Part shown: positions 26,977-39,900 of the stretch, in pieces | Numbering within the stretch: the stretch's first letter is position 1 | Layout of the letters: each line of letters begins with the position of its first letter | Assembly: GCA_044892525.1 (NCBI GenBank) | Contig: CM097887.1 | Span: 87,584,397-87,648,396 of the forward strand | DNA: 64,000 bases | DNA from: Schmidtea polychroa | Lineage: Eukaryota | Reading direction: 5' to 3' | Program-made: the position numbers and the translations under genes | The notes under the pieces: model-generated | Seen by the model: the letters and a program-made list of their open reading frames with translations, nothing else | What the model was told of the DNA's origin: nothing | Database searches by the model: none

Positions 26977-29900
26977 TTACATTTTATTACGCTTATTAAA
27001 ACTTGCTAAAATTCCTTTACCATCGGTTGGAATTTTTGCTACCTGTTTTGGATTTGAATTAGTTTTAACCTCTTCCTTTTTCTCGGGATTTTCCGATGAG
27101 TTCAACTTTAAATTTTTTGACTGAGTATTCGAATGGTCAACCACTATCTTTCGTTTTTTCGAATTACGTTCAGATTCATTAACTTTATTCTGATTGGCTG
27201 TTTCTATATTCTTTCTCTTCTTATTGGCTACTTCCATTACTTGAGCACCTTTTCTTACTTTCGGTTTCTTATTGGACTTAACTGATTTTTTAACAACATT
27301 TTCTTCTTCTTTTTCCTCATCTACCTCCATTGCCTCATTTTCTCTTCGTTCCTGTTTAATTACTCTAGTTTTCTCTCGAACTTTTCTGACACTTTTATTT
27401 CTAATTTAGATTAAAGTCAAATAAATTATAATTTGCGAATTAAACTTGTAAATCAAGGCTTTCAAATCGATCTCTCTTTTATGGAAATCAGATAGATCAA
27501 CGCCTTTCAATTCTGCCATTTGAGGGATTCTTAAAAGTCCGAGGCTATTTGCAAATTTCCCGATATTAATATCTAGAATTGGTAAATTAGCGGTAAATTA
27601 GCAGCTGTAACTAACTGGATATTTTGAAAATATATTTCAAATCATGTTTCCTATAGAACATAACATATGCAATAAACGCATTGACACTCTTTTCGTACAG
27701 CAATCGATCGGCAATGCATAAATCTTGCATCCGAGTTTCAAAAGATTCGATTTGTTCGATATTAAAGTTAGGTTGGTAAATTTTCATTTCAATATTTTGA
27801 TTTTCCCGAAGAAAGTGTACATATGTGTCCTCGGACGATCTAAGTAACAATAACGTTTCACCGAATTGCTCGCATCGAGCTGTCCTACCACAACGATGAA
27901 CGAAATTAGTAGCATATTGTGGAGGATCAAATTGAATGACCCAATCAATATCGGGAATATCAATACCTCTCGCCATAACGTCTGTGCATATCATTACACC
28001 TCTATAGAGAATAAATATGTTATAATACTGAATTTATATTAATTATTATTGAATGAATGGCCGCCATGTCAACCAGCCTAGTACAAAGAGAACACGGTGA
28101 AACCTCGGTTCATGAGTAGCCCATTGACTACCAATGCTTTTATTAGTAATACATTAGCAAGTTCAGGTTTTGAAATACTTATAAATCGAGGTTTCACTGC
28201 GTTACCACATGAATTTTTAATGCAAAATTCTTACGATTTCATTTCTTTAAATTGTTTGAAAATCTTTTCTCTCTTGGATTTGATTTTTTTATGAAAAGCT
28301 AAGAAAGTACGCTTCTTTAACAGACTAAAGATTGAGACAGGATAAATAGGAATAATACGATAAGGAATACTCACAGTGATAAAATAGATTTGTAATAATC
28401 CACACTATCACAAGTGGCCATGAATAATAATATTTTTTTATCCTTTTTATCAGCGAGGAATTTGACCAGGATGTCGATTTTGTTTTCGTTTTCAACAATC
28501 TATGAGATATAATTAATAAATTATTACTTTTTTTGAGGAATAATAAAAAACAAATATTAAAAATAATAATATTAATTCGTTAAATAAATTAATTAATCGT
28601 TAAATAAAATTAATTCGTTAAAAAATTTAGACATGCATTATCTCTTAGTTTTCCATATAATCAGCTATTTTAGTATCAAGAACGATTTCTCCAGTTTTGT
28701 CAATTGAATATAATATTCTAAAAAAAAATCTTATCGAAGCTACCTTATTTTTAAACTAAATGGATCATCTATATTTTTCAGTTCAGTCGACATCATGTAA
28801 CATATCCAGTTTGTCTAACTTTCACTATTTCCCCGTTACATGGAAGCACAAATCGAATATCCATCATTAATTGGTTAAAAAATATTCAAAAAAATTAATA
28901 TTCTTACCCTTAATGTCACAATAATCTATTCAATTTGCATTGGAATTATGATTATATTTAATAGTTAATTTTTAAAACTAAATATAAATCATATCCAAAA
29001 TATTTTTCATTTACTGGGTGAGAATAAATTTATTATTAAAAAATACACCTTATTAGTCAATTTGTAAAAAAAAATTTTCAAAAACTTCTAAGTGTCAGGA
29101 AGGGTAAAGAAAATATCCATCAACTAAGTAAAAATTATTTCAAATTGAAAATTAAAAATCACCATATAATAGTTTGTCATATTTTTAGGTATATTATCGT
29201 TCAAATCCGATTCTTCTTCATGTTTGACTTTGACACTAATCCTTACTGGATTTCTCAAACCGGCTCTAACTATATTTTCAACTTCTGTCGTTTGAGTAGC
29301 ACTAAATAAACTAGTTAGTCTCTGTTTTGGAAGACTTTTGATAATCGTCATCAACTGATCTTCAAAACCCATTTCTAATAATCTATCAGCTTCATCCAAA
29401 ATCAGTATTTCCTGTAAGAATTAATAATAAAATTTAACTTAATGAATAAGCATTACTGTCGACTTTAATGATTTAATCAATTTTGCATTTTCTTCAATTT
29501 CTTCGATTGCTTTAGCGAAGGACCCAGGCGTGGAAATTATTACTATACCCTTATTTGATTCTGAATTAGATGATTCAGATTTTTTGTTGAATAGTATTAA
29601 ATTTGGTTTATGTCCATTGAAATTTGTTAGAAAGTTATTAAACATTTCATATGTTTGATTGGCAAGCTCAGATGTCGGAGATAAAATGACAGAAAAGACA
29701 TCTGTTGATTTAAAAGAATCCATTTTATTTAATAACTCAATTATTGGAATAATGAATGCCAAAGTTTTTCCAGAACCGGTTACAGCTTGTGCAACGATAT
29801 CTTTCTTTTGTAAAAATTTAGGAATTACATGAGTCTAGAAAATTTATAAAGATATTCAAAAATGAAGATATATACTTGAATTGGCGTTGGCTTTTCAAAT

Positions 29901-29986
29901 TTCAAACTTTTAAGCGCGTTATTAGTATTTTTAGATAACTTACATCCTAAATCTTTCCATGAAATATCATTTGTATCAATAGTCAT
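26977..29986 (-). CDS. DDX55: DEAD-box RNA helicase DDX55/Spb4, 8 exons, 629 aa
   Basis: Exons 29876-29986, 29457-29834, 29163-29411, 28375-28499, 28235-28324, 27616-28001, 27446-27572, 26977-27400; all GT-AG, total 1890 nt in frame. Motifs: Q (PTPIQ), [37 protein letters not shown], plus the DDX55-type C-terminal extension ([11 protein letters not shown]). Confidence 0.9.
28095..28199. mobile_element. Tigger/pogo-like MITE (105 bp) inside DDX55 intron 5
   Basis: TIRs CGGTGAAACCTCGGTT / AATCGAGGTTTCACTG (14/16); TA flanks decayed. Confidence 0.7.
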
Positions 29987-31057
29987 GCTGTAGTATTATA
30001 ACAATATTATATATTTAAACAATTTTTTAAATATAAATATGTAATCTTAAAATATCGTTAACAAATAAAGTTAAATTGAAATTTTTCATAAAAAATGATT
30101 TAGGAATAAGAACTTAGAAATTTTAAATTGAAATTTTAAATTTTGAATATTTAACAAAAAGTAAAAATTATAATTTAACTTGACACAAATATCATTATTA
30201 CATATTTACTTTAAATTTGTTAATTTAATTTAATTATACAAACATAAATGTTGAGTTCACTTTTTATTTAATTTAAAATTTAGTTTTCATTTTATATTAC
30301 TGAATTTTACCAATGTGTTGGTGTTTCTATAATTACCTCTGTTTGCGTTTAGGAGGGGTATCATTTAAATGTCTTATGGTTACTATAGCTCTGATATTGA
30401 CTCTTTCCTAAACGCCTTCTTGATTATTTAACTTTTTACTTTCTGTGTAAACATGGCAACAACCATGTTGGTAAAGTATGCAGTGGCTGAAAATCAATGA
30501 GCAGGTGAACTCCACTAATTAAACTACTTCTCATTGTCTTTTCATTTTTGCCGATATTTCTAGTCAGAACCAATGGTGAGCTATAGGAGGCTCGTGGGGG
30601 CTCCCGCGAGCCCTTTGTTAAATTATTCTGTCAGAGATAAATTTGGAACAGTCATGAAATGCATAAAAAGAAAACTGGAAAACATTTGATTATCTCTAGT
30701 GTCACAGATAATTCAAGTTATATAAATAGAAACTGTTGGACACAGAAGAGACAAAGTTAGACAAAAGCTAGACAAAAAGTGACGCTAAAGTGAGAAGAAA
30801 AGTGATAAATAAATTGAGTCAAAAGAGAACGAAACGTTATTGGAAAACGATTTGTGAAGAATAATTGTAAAAAAACAATTGTTGAAGAAGATTTGAAGAA
30901 AAGAATTAGTTGACAAATAAAACGAAAAGAAGTTAATTGAGTATTTGAATAAAGTTATGTAGCTCAAAGAAAACTACTAGCTCAATATCCCAGTTGATAA
31001 ACCAATCAGTAATTAGTATTCCTCACCGAGTGTTGTAATAATCATTGTATAGTTACC

Positions 31058-31210
31058 AAGCAGAGTGTTGAATTTATTGTCAGTGTAAAGTGAAGTTATT
31101 TGTGATTATCAATAAAGATTTCTGTTGTCAAGTGTTATTTTGGGATCAGTCAAAAACACGCTTGGAGTCAAAGTAAGAATTTTAAATTTATCACCAACCC
31201 AATAACCCAA
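31058..31210 (+). repeat. Dispersed ~153-bp repeat, probably the 3' part of an LTR; inverted copy at 60634-60787
   Basis: Roughly 85-90% identical by eye to the reverse complement of 60634-60787; contains AATAAA; TATA-like TATATAAATA lies upstream at ~30719. Confidence 0.8.
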
Positions 31211-32119
31211 AAACTCTTATCTCATGGTTAAGAGGATATTTTTTTGACGATTTGTTATTATCGTGCTTTTAAAATATGTTTCGTGTGTAACTTATTGCTT
31301 TGTTGGGCTAGAACTGAGAATCGAGAGCTTGTTTTAATGAATCAAAAATACATAACATAAAAATCGCACCAAGTTAAATTAAAACACCAATCAATACAAA
31401 TTAAAGTACATAACACATTGGTGATAAATAAGACCCGGGTGAAAAATTAAAAGGAACGAAAATAAAGGTCGCAATCACTAACACAATTAGGAGAAACATC
31501 ACATTCGGAATAGCTAACCACTAAGAAATAAAATAATAATAAATAAAATAATGGGTAATGAATTAATTAATAATATGGAAAATTTCTAAATAAATAAATT
31601 TAAAATTTAAAATAAATTATCTAGTAAACTGGAGAAATAAAAAAAATGTAGAATGAAAGTAGTAAAATTAGATAAACCATAAAATTTATAAAACTAAAAC
31701 TAAAAATAAAACCAACAAAATTATTTAAATTATAAAACTTGTAAAACTAAATTAAAATTAGCAAAAAACTATTTAAATTATAGAATTTATAAAAATAAAT
31801 CTTAAAAGTTAATAAAAATTAGAATTTTGATTAATTAGATTAATTAAATTAAAAAATAATAATTGCACACATTCATGCATGCAAAAATAAATCAGAATTG
31901 CCTCGCATTCTAATTGGATATAACAGCAGAGAATGCGTAGACGTATAATTTAATCAGTATAAATACTGAGTGAAATTTCATTTAAAAAACGGTCTCGCTC
32001 AACTGGTTATACAACAATTCATTTACTGGCAGTAAACATATGCTCTCAATTTTCGATTCCATGCCATCGCGGTGAGGTAAATTTGATTTTTGTTTTGTGT
32101 AATATAATTTTGTTAGGTC

Positions 32120-32340
32120 TAATGTTATTTTAAATGGAAGTTAATTTTAGTTAATGTTATTTAGTTAATTTATTTTGTTATTTAGCTAATGTTATTTTAA
32201 ATTAAAGTTAATTTTAGTTAGTTATTTAGTTGTTATTTAGCTAATGTTATTTTAAATTAAAGTTAATTTTAGTTAATGTTATTTAGTTAATTTATTTTGT
32301 TATTTAGATAATGTTATTTTAAATTGAAGTTAATTGTTAA
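32120..32340. repeat. AT-rich minisatellite (55-67-bp units)
   Basis: AATGTTATTTTAAAT recurs at 32121, 32188, 32243 and 32310 with conserved intervening blocks. Confidence 0.85.
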
Positions 32341-32589
32341 ATTGGTATGGTATTATTCATTTTGTTGTTGTTAAGTCTACTGTTATACAATTTTAGGAAT
32401 AAATAAAATTTTTAACGGAATTTGTTTTTAATTACTTTTAATGTTTGGCGTATGTTATTTTGTCCTTTTTGAAAAATATTATAATTTAGGTTGGGTTTTT
32501 CTTGATATTTATGTGTCGATGGTCTGGGCTGGGGAAAGGTTTGTGGACGGGCGGCACTACGTGCTGTTAGTCGGCAGATGTTTCGCCAG

Positions 32590-33020
32590 TTGAGTCCATC
32601 GGAGTAGGGGATATAGATAGGGAGATGAACGGTTAGAGGGGATAAAATCAATTTGCGATAGTTTAGGGCCCTATTTAGAGTTAGAAAGTATAGGATTTTT
32701 ATTATTTTCATAGACATTTATGAGTTAGGAGAAATATTAGAATAGTTACGAACTGTTGTCAGTAGAGGAAGTAGGTTTAGGCAATTTTAAAGAAACCACG
32801 AATAGTTAAGATATTCGATAGTTCAGGATTAGAAATACAGGCAGATCCCTGCTCAAATTTTCATGAGAAGTGTGGAAACATGTGTATTAACTTGTGAATA
32901 AGGGCCAACCCCTGCTCAAATTTTTTGAAGGATAATTTGGATATTATAGGGAGTATATAACAATAATTATTAGATGGACAATAAGGGCGGATCCCCGCGA
33001 AAAGTTTTTACAAGGGAACA
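32590..33020 (+). mobile_element. Possible gypsy integrase tail (GPY/F) and triplicated 3' junction motif
   Basis: Frameshifted traces GVGDI and LGPYLELESIG; the GATCCCTGCTCAAATTTT-like motif occurs three times at 32844-33010. Confidence 0.35.
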
Positions 33021-33599
33021 GTTGGAAATACCCTTAATTGAGGACCACAAATGATCTAAAAACAGCATACAAAGTGAATAATGACGTAAGACCTTCTATC
33101 GGCCGTCTAGAACCCGAAGAGAAAATACAATGGGGAGTATTTTTAGCAATAGAGCTCACCTGCTCATTGTTTTTTCGTCTTTGTGTACAGTACCAACATG
33201 GTCGTCGCCATGGTTTAAATTGCAATAGTCATGGAGGTGCTTAGGGAAGAGTCAAACGATTATGATTACCCCTAACGGATTTTAAAATGGGAAAGTGACA
33301 CACCCCTAAGAAACCAACAGCTTTTTCTCGATTTATTTATTTTTGTTTTACTTGGTGTTATTATTGATTTTAAATATTCTTGGTGCATTTTATTTGTTGT
33401 GTGGAGTCATCTCAGTTGGCCATTTACCTTCAATTGTTTACTTAATGAAAATTTTAAGACAGTTATGGGAAAAGAAAATATATTGTTGTTTCTGACTTTA
33501 GCGCAACAATTAGGAGGTTAATAAATGTCCATTTGTGTAATTTTTATTATGTGGATATTATGAACAGTGCTTGTGTGCATGTATTTATTTTTTTTCCAA

Positions 33600-33815
33600 C
33601 AAAGAATTTTTCTATCCGTCTATAGTGTAAGCCAGTTAGTGTAGTACCTTAAATCAATCTAAAATTTTGAAAGGATGCATTATTATTGGTAACGAATTTA
33701 TCTGCCAAATTTCAGCTCTATTTAATCACGAGAAGTGGATTAATTTGCCACAGCAAGATTTGCATTGCTCACACAAACATACATACAAAGTGAAGTTAAT
33801 ACAGAGTTTAAAAAT
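33600..33815 (+). mobile_element. Possible Helentron-associated non-autonomous element (HINE/DINE-1-like)
   Basis: AAATTTCAGCTC...CACACAAACATACATAC-AAAGTGAAGTTAATACAGAG followed by an A-run resembles HINE 3' ends; recalled similarity only. Confidence 0.35.
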
Positions 33816-33945
33816 GTTAAAAATCAACAGCTCAAGCAAGTTTAGAAATAAATTTACAAACACCAAATATAAACATATTTCCAAAAGGAAAGACAAATTT
33901 TTATTTTCGATTAGGAAATGAAATAATGATCAGTATGAAATATTT

Positions 33946-36900
33946 CTAATCATCTATTTCAATAGACACGTTGTCTTCATTAACATTTTTACACACGATC
34001 CACTCATCGTTTTCTTTTTTTCTTCTATGAAACAAGGGCTGAGAATACTCAGATGATTCTATAGCCATTTTGTCATCTAATTTTTCATATTTATTACTTT
34101 TGTTTTTGGAAAATTCTAATTCTTTTAGAATATCTAAATTTTTCCATCTACCTTTTATCAGGAACATATAATTAAAGAAAAAACACGAAAAACAAACCCG
34201 AATATCGATAATCTTTTGCAAGAATCTTCATAAAATAAGGTAAGGTCTCAGAAAACAATGTTTTGGAAGACAGAATGTTATCCAGGCCAATAAGATTTGG
34301 AAACAGATCGGTGATTTCATCGATTCCAAGTCGTGTTTGCAAAATTCTTTTATGTAAATCACCGAAACATGATTTTCGCAATGGATGCCAGGTATTTTTA
34401 GGTCGAGAATCATTGTGATAAATCATTGACCTGGTCACAGTACTTATTAAATATTGACCAAACAAATCATTGCGTTCAGGAAGCCAACGATTGAACAAAT
34501 AGTCACTATACGAATAATCGTCACATATTTCAGATAATTGGTCGATGTCTTCGATAAAATCAACATGGTTTTCATGGAGATAATTAACGAAAGTTGAATA
34601 ATCCAAGCCACAGAAATCGAATACAGCCTGAATTTAAAATGATATTGGAGATATATCAAGCGTATGAAATAAAAATAGAAAATTATCAAAATCAATTAAA
34701 AATTAATTAATATTCAAAAAATGTAAAAATCAAATATTTTTGGTAAGTGATAACTGTTGGCAAATAAGAATCTAAAAAACCATTAAGTAATTTTGCATTA
34801 ACGAAAAGTTCATATAAAGGTCGAATAAAGTTAGTCAAGCCGGATTTTGTATTTGAAGTGATTTGGTTGCGAGTGGTCAGATTCTGGAATGTGGTTAAAA
34901 TTCTTGAGCCTAATTCTTGGTGGAATCGAGTTTCTCATATTTACTGATTAGAATCAAATAAGTTCGAAACTAGGCCATTAGAAATTGCATTGAATATCAT
35001 TTAAAAATTTTATTTTATTCGGTTATCCGAAAACCAAAGCCATTTAGTAATGATAATAATAATTGTTCCTGTTGATTATATCTACATCTGGAATTCCCAG
35101 ACATTTTAAAGATTTGTTAAGATATTTCATGTTAATAAGTGTTGAAATTCATTAAATTTGTGTTCACTAGATTGAACTCTTCCATTGTAATTCGAACCAA
35201 TTCGACAACCGTTCCTCACTCAGTGAATTCCGATTAATATCATCTAAATTCAACGAGTCAATGATTGAATCACTAATGAATGTTTCATATCGCAGTTCAT
35301 CGATTTTATCTTCTCTGTATTCACTCAAGTTTCTAGTATATGTTTCGGAAGAATATCTCAATTCAAATCAGCTTTATTCAAAGATTTTGCTTTATCCATA
35401 ATTCGGTATCATACAATAAACATGTTTTGACAAATGCTAAAATTCCCACAAAATAATTTTCGAGATTCAACAATTCACAACAAAGAAAAAAAACAAACGC
35501 GATCAGAATCAAAAAGCAAACGTGCACGCCAACGCGATAAGAGTTCAAAGATAAACAATCGAAAATTATTATTCGCAGTAAAAGACTTAAATTATCATTT
35601 AATTGGTTAACATTCAATTAATGCTACTATCAAGAAATCATCACTTTATGCCAGTGGTTCTCAACTAATATAAAAGCGCAGAACACCATTCACATACTTG
35701 CCCACAATGAGTGACCAATCACAAATTACTATAAATCTGTCGTAAACGTAAACAATATTATAAGCAAAGAAAATACCGCGCGCAACAATAACAAGCAATA
35801 AAAACACTTTTATATTTGTATGTTTATATATCTGTGTAACGGCTTTCTTATTGAATCATCTTATAAAATAATTAATTGAGGTTTTTGATGTATCTTAAAT
35901 GCAAATTTAAAGATAAAATGTAACTGGAAGCGTAATCGCGGAACACGGGTTGAGAACCACTGCTTTATGCTGTTGAATTATTGGGTTGGTAGTTATATTT
36001 AAAAGTTACCAATCAAATCTCTGACTCCAAATTATGCTTTATCTGATTCACAAAATAAAAATTCTCGAACAATATTAACCCTCTATTGATTATCACAATT
36101 GATTACACGAATTATAACAACACGATCAATTCAACACTCAAATAGATTATCTGACTCAATAATTTGGTAATTTGAATTGAATTCTCCTTTGCTTTGACTT
36201 GAATTTATTCAATATACTTTAAACATTTCTAATTAAACTAAATTTTGCCACACCGCTTGGTTCCGATACTTTCTCTTCTTTCAATTTTATTTTCTCACTT
36301 TAATGTCTCTAATTTTCTCTACTGTTTGATTCTGACTACTAATTTTCGTTCTATACAAAATGTTCTGATTCCATTAAGAAAACCTTTGCTTTTATAGTGC
36401 GCACTTGCCTGAAACATATGATAATTCATTTTTTCCATTTCTGTCTCTCCTGATAGTTCGGCATCCGGGTGATAAATTGTCATTTGTTTTTCATTTCTGA
36501 TTCTGGCATTTTCTATACATTTTCCAACTCCTGTGTCGTCCCTAATAGTTCGGCATTCAGGATAGTTTGTCATTTTTCAATTTCTTCTTCTGGCATTTTC
36601 CATACTTTGTTCTATTTCCCACGTTATCTCTGAAAGTTTGGATATGCCGATTTCGTTTGTCTTCCAATTTTGAAATTTCTTTTTGCTTTCTTGCACTTAG
36701 CAATGACCTTTCTCCTGCTTTGTTGTCTGATTTCTTTTATTTGCTCTTTCCTTCTCATTTCTCAATTTTTTCTCTTCCGTTCTCTTTCCCAGGTTCCACA
36801 GTGCTATCCCAGGTTATTTTATTTATTTATGATATTATTGATTATTTAGGTATCCCCCCAACAATACTAATGATAATGATAATTAAATTGTTATTTTGCC

Positions 36901-39900
36901 TTGTGAATTTGACTTTAATTATTATTATTATTCTAAGATATTTTATGTAAATGATGCAATAAAAAAACTGGTTTTAATCAATCAATACTTCAGGATTAAA
37001 TAGAAGTTGCGATCGGAATTTGCTTGAATTAAATTGAGATAATTGTTGTAATTTCTCTTTGTATTTTGCTATTTCCGACTCATCCGTTTCTCCTAGTCAT
37101 TACACAACTTCAAAATAGATATTTTTTAATTAATTTTATTTACTTTTACAATAAAGAATTTTTCCAAGAGCTCGAAAAATGAAAATTGGGTTATCTTTAT
37201 TCATATCGACTAATCCTGAATTTTTACCTCTCACTAAATAATGTGTTCATTATTAATATGTTTACAAATAACTCAAACTAGTAATGAAAATCTCTAGGTT
37301 ATTAATGGCACTTCGTATATCGCCATTGCTAGATTCGACTATTTGATTCATAATTGTTTGCAGCTCTTTTTCGTTCATCTAAAAAAATTCATATTTAAAT
37401 ATAAATGTGAAAATTCCAAAATTATTTAAAATTTTTTGCCATTTTCCGTTTTTATTATTTCAATGGTGCTTAGTCTAAATTGACCATTCCGCTTACCTTT
37501 AGAGGGAATATTATTGTTGTTTTTTTGTTTAATTTTTATAAAATTACGGAAAAAAATATTCATATTTAAAATTAATTTTAAATAAATTTTAATAAAATAA
37601 TGGAAGAATTTAAGAATTCGGATTTTGAATATTTTGTGTAGTTATATTAGAAAGTTGGACTCAGGTAATCTGAATGATTTTCGATAGCGCATTGTCATTT
37701 CCCCGCCGATTCCGGATAGTTCCCGATAGATTCAGTTAAACATAGTCACACAAATTTGTATTGTAATATTAACCATTTCCTGGCTGAATTAAGAGTTGAA
37801 GAAAAAATAATCAAAAAAGTGTTTTTTTATGTACATATGGGGTACCCAAAATGGTTTTTATGATTTTTTTTGCCATACAAAAAATTTCAAAGTTGGGGAG
37901 ATTCTCATGTACTACAGTGGTAATTCTTTTTTTCAAAATGGTTCATATCTTCTTCGTCATCCGAAAATTCTATTTCAGAAAGTAAAAGGCGGGATTAAAT
38001 GATTTTACATTAAAAGTATAGATCTTCCTTATCGATCATAAATAAAAATATTATACCTACCAGTCCATATATGTATATACCTGTATGAAATATATCATGA
38101 TTCCATATGGCATCATTAGCCAGGAAATGGTTAATTGTAGATGTTTTCTTTGTTTAAAGGTCGCTAGATAGAAGCCTAGAATGATTACCAAATCAAATTG
38201 ACAAGAAAACCAAGAGGAAAACCAAGAGAGGTATGCCCTAATTTCCAGGAATCAATCACTGTCTTTTTTTATAAAAATGTGACAACATTAATCGACGATC
38301 GTTAAACTAAAATTACGAACTTGTTTCGAGTTTTCAGTTTGTCGTTTGATGAATGTTGAACATCCACGGATGTGTTGTTTTATGTTTATGTCTGCTGATT
38401 TTTATGTTTCATTTTAATTGTTAAAAACACGTTCTTTTTGTTATTTGGATTGGTCTTTCGCGTTGGTGCCGATACCGATTAATCGATTTTTGGTCAAAAT
38501 CCGGCAGAAACCAATTTCCGGATCAATAGTCGGGTATGCCCTAATTTTCCAATTGCCCCTGAATACATAAGCTCGCCTAATTCAAATGTTGAGAAGTGGG
38601 TCCTTACATGTGATCTGTAAAATAATTATGTAGTGTATTGGTACTTTTTCCAAATTAATATCAGGAGTAAAAATTTTAATGAAATAGACCTCTTCAATCA
38701 TATCACATGTTAGAAACGTCTTATCTCAAGAAAAGCACTAGCCATCCACTAATCTACTTGGCAAAATCCATTTAACCAGATAACTGAATATATTTCTATC
38801 CATTAAAATGTTAATACGCATTTAAATAGTCTGCAGTTATCCATTGATCATATTGCACTATTTCATAGTCGAAAATCTCTTTTAGTTTTTAATAAATTTG
38901 AAACTTACAGTAAAGACTTGCTATATCATTTAGTAATTATTTTTTGTCAATTGATGCTACTCCAGTAGGAATTCAACGAAATGCCATAAAATCGCAAAGT
39001 TAAGCTGAGAAATTCTTGCCTTACAAAATTTTCAAGCACGGTTTGAGTTTTTCACCTCCAAACACGAGTCATGTTACAGAAATGGAATCAAAAGTTACCA
39101 TCGCACCGGGAAGGGGTCATTAGTAACGATGAAAATTATATTATTCAGGAAATATTGAGAACTGTAACAAACGAACAGAACTTTCCGATAGACAAAATAT
39201 GATTTATTTTTATTAATAATAGTTGGAATAATGATGTAAACGAATTGAATAAGTGAATAATAAGCTGATTGGTCTAAAGCATCAGTTTTTGTATTTCTAT
39301 TTAACTACCTGCTTTAGGTATTGACTTTGTGTTGTATTGATGTTGCACATTTGGTTTTAACTTTTATAATAAATTTTGCATCAGAAATTGAATAGCCATC
39401 AAATATCATCCAAGGTCTTCAAACCAATCAAACTCAATTTTATTTCAGTTATTTGAAATCTCGATATATCAGGCCACTTTTCATATATCAATTTAGATAA
39501 CAATTAATCAATTAATTTAATTAAAACTGGCCAAAAATCTATTGATTCATTTTTATCTGGAAAAAACTGAAATTTCTATATACCCAAACAATGGTGAGGA
39601 TATTAGTTTTCCCTTATACAAATTATAGAATAAAATTAATTTTCAATAATTTTTAGAGTAATTAATTATATTAATTAATTAATTATCGAGTTTTCCATTA
39701 ATAATAAAAACTACTATTAAAATTTTAAAAATAATCGTTTTTTAATAAAAATTGATAAAAATTTCAAATAATAAATACAATAAATTAATAAAATTCTTTA
39801 TCAAGGAAAAATATTTTTCAAAATATAAAATTTACATAAAATTTTTCTTGTTTGATTATTTTGGAAATTGCTTTTTTCATTAACGTTACAGCAATAGGAG

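Noticed and set aside
28640-28930. Possible hidden exons in DDX55 intron 3 (IIVTLR / [13 protein letters not shown]... / [14 protein letters not shown])
   Set aside because: Needs a 26-bp intron, below the 39-51-bp range seen here. DDX55 aligns without an insertion and I recognise no homology. RNA-seq could revisit this.
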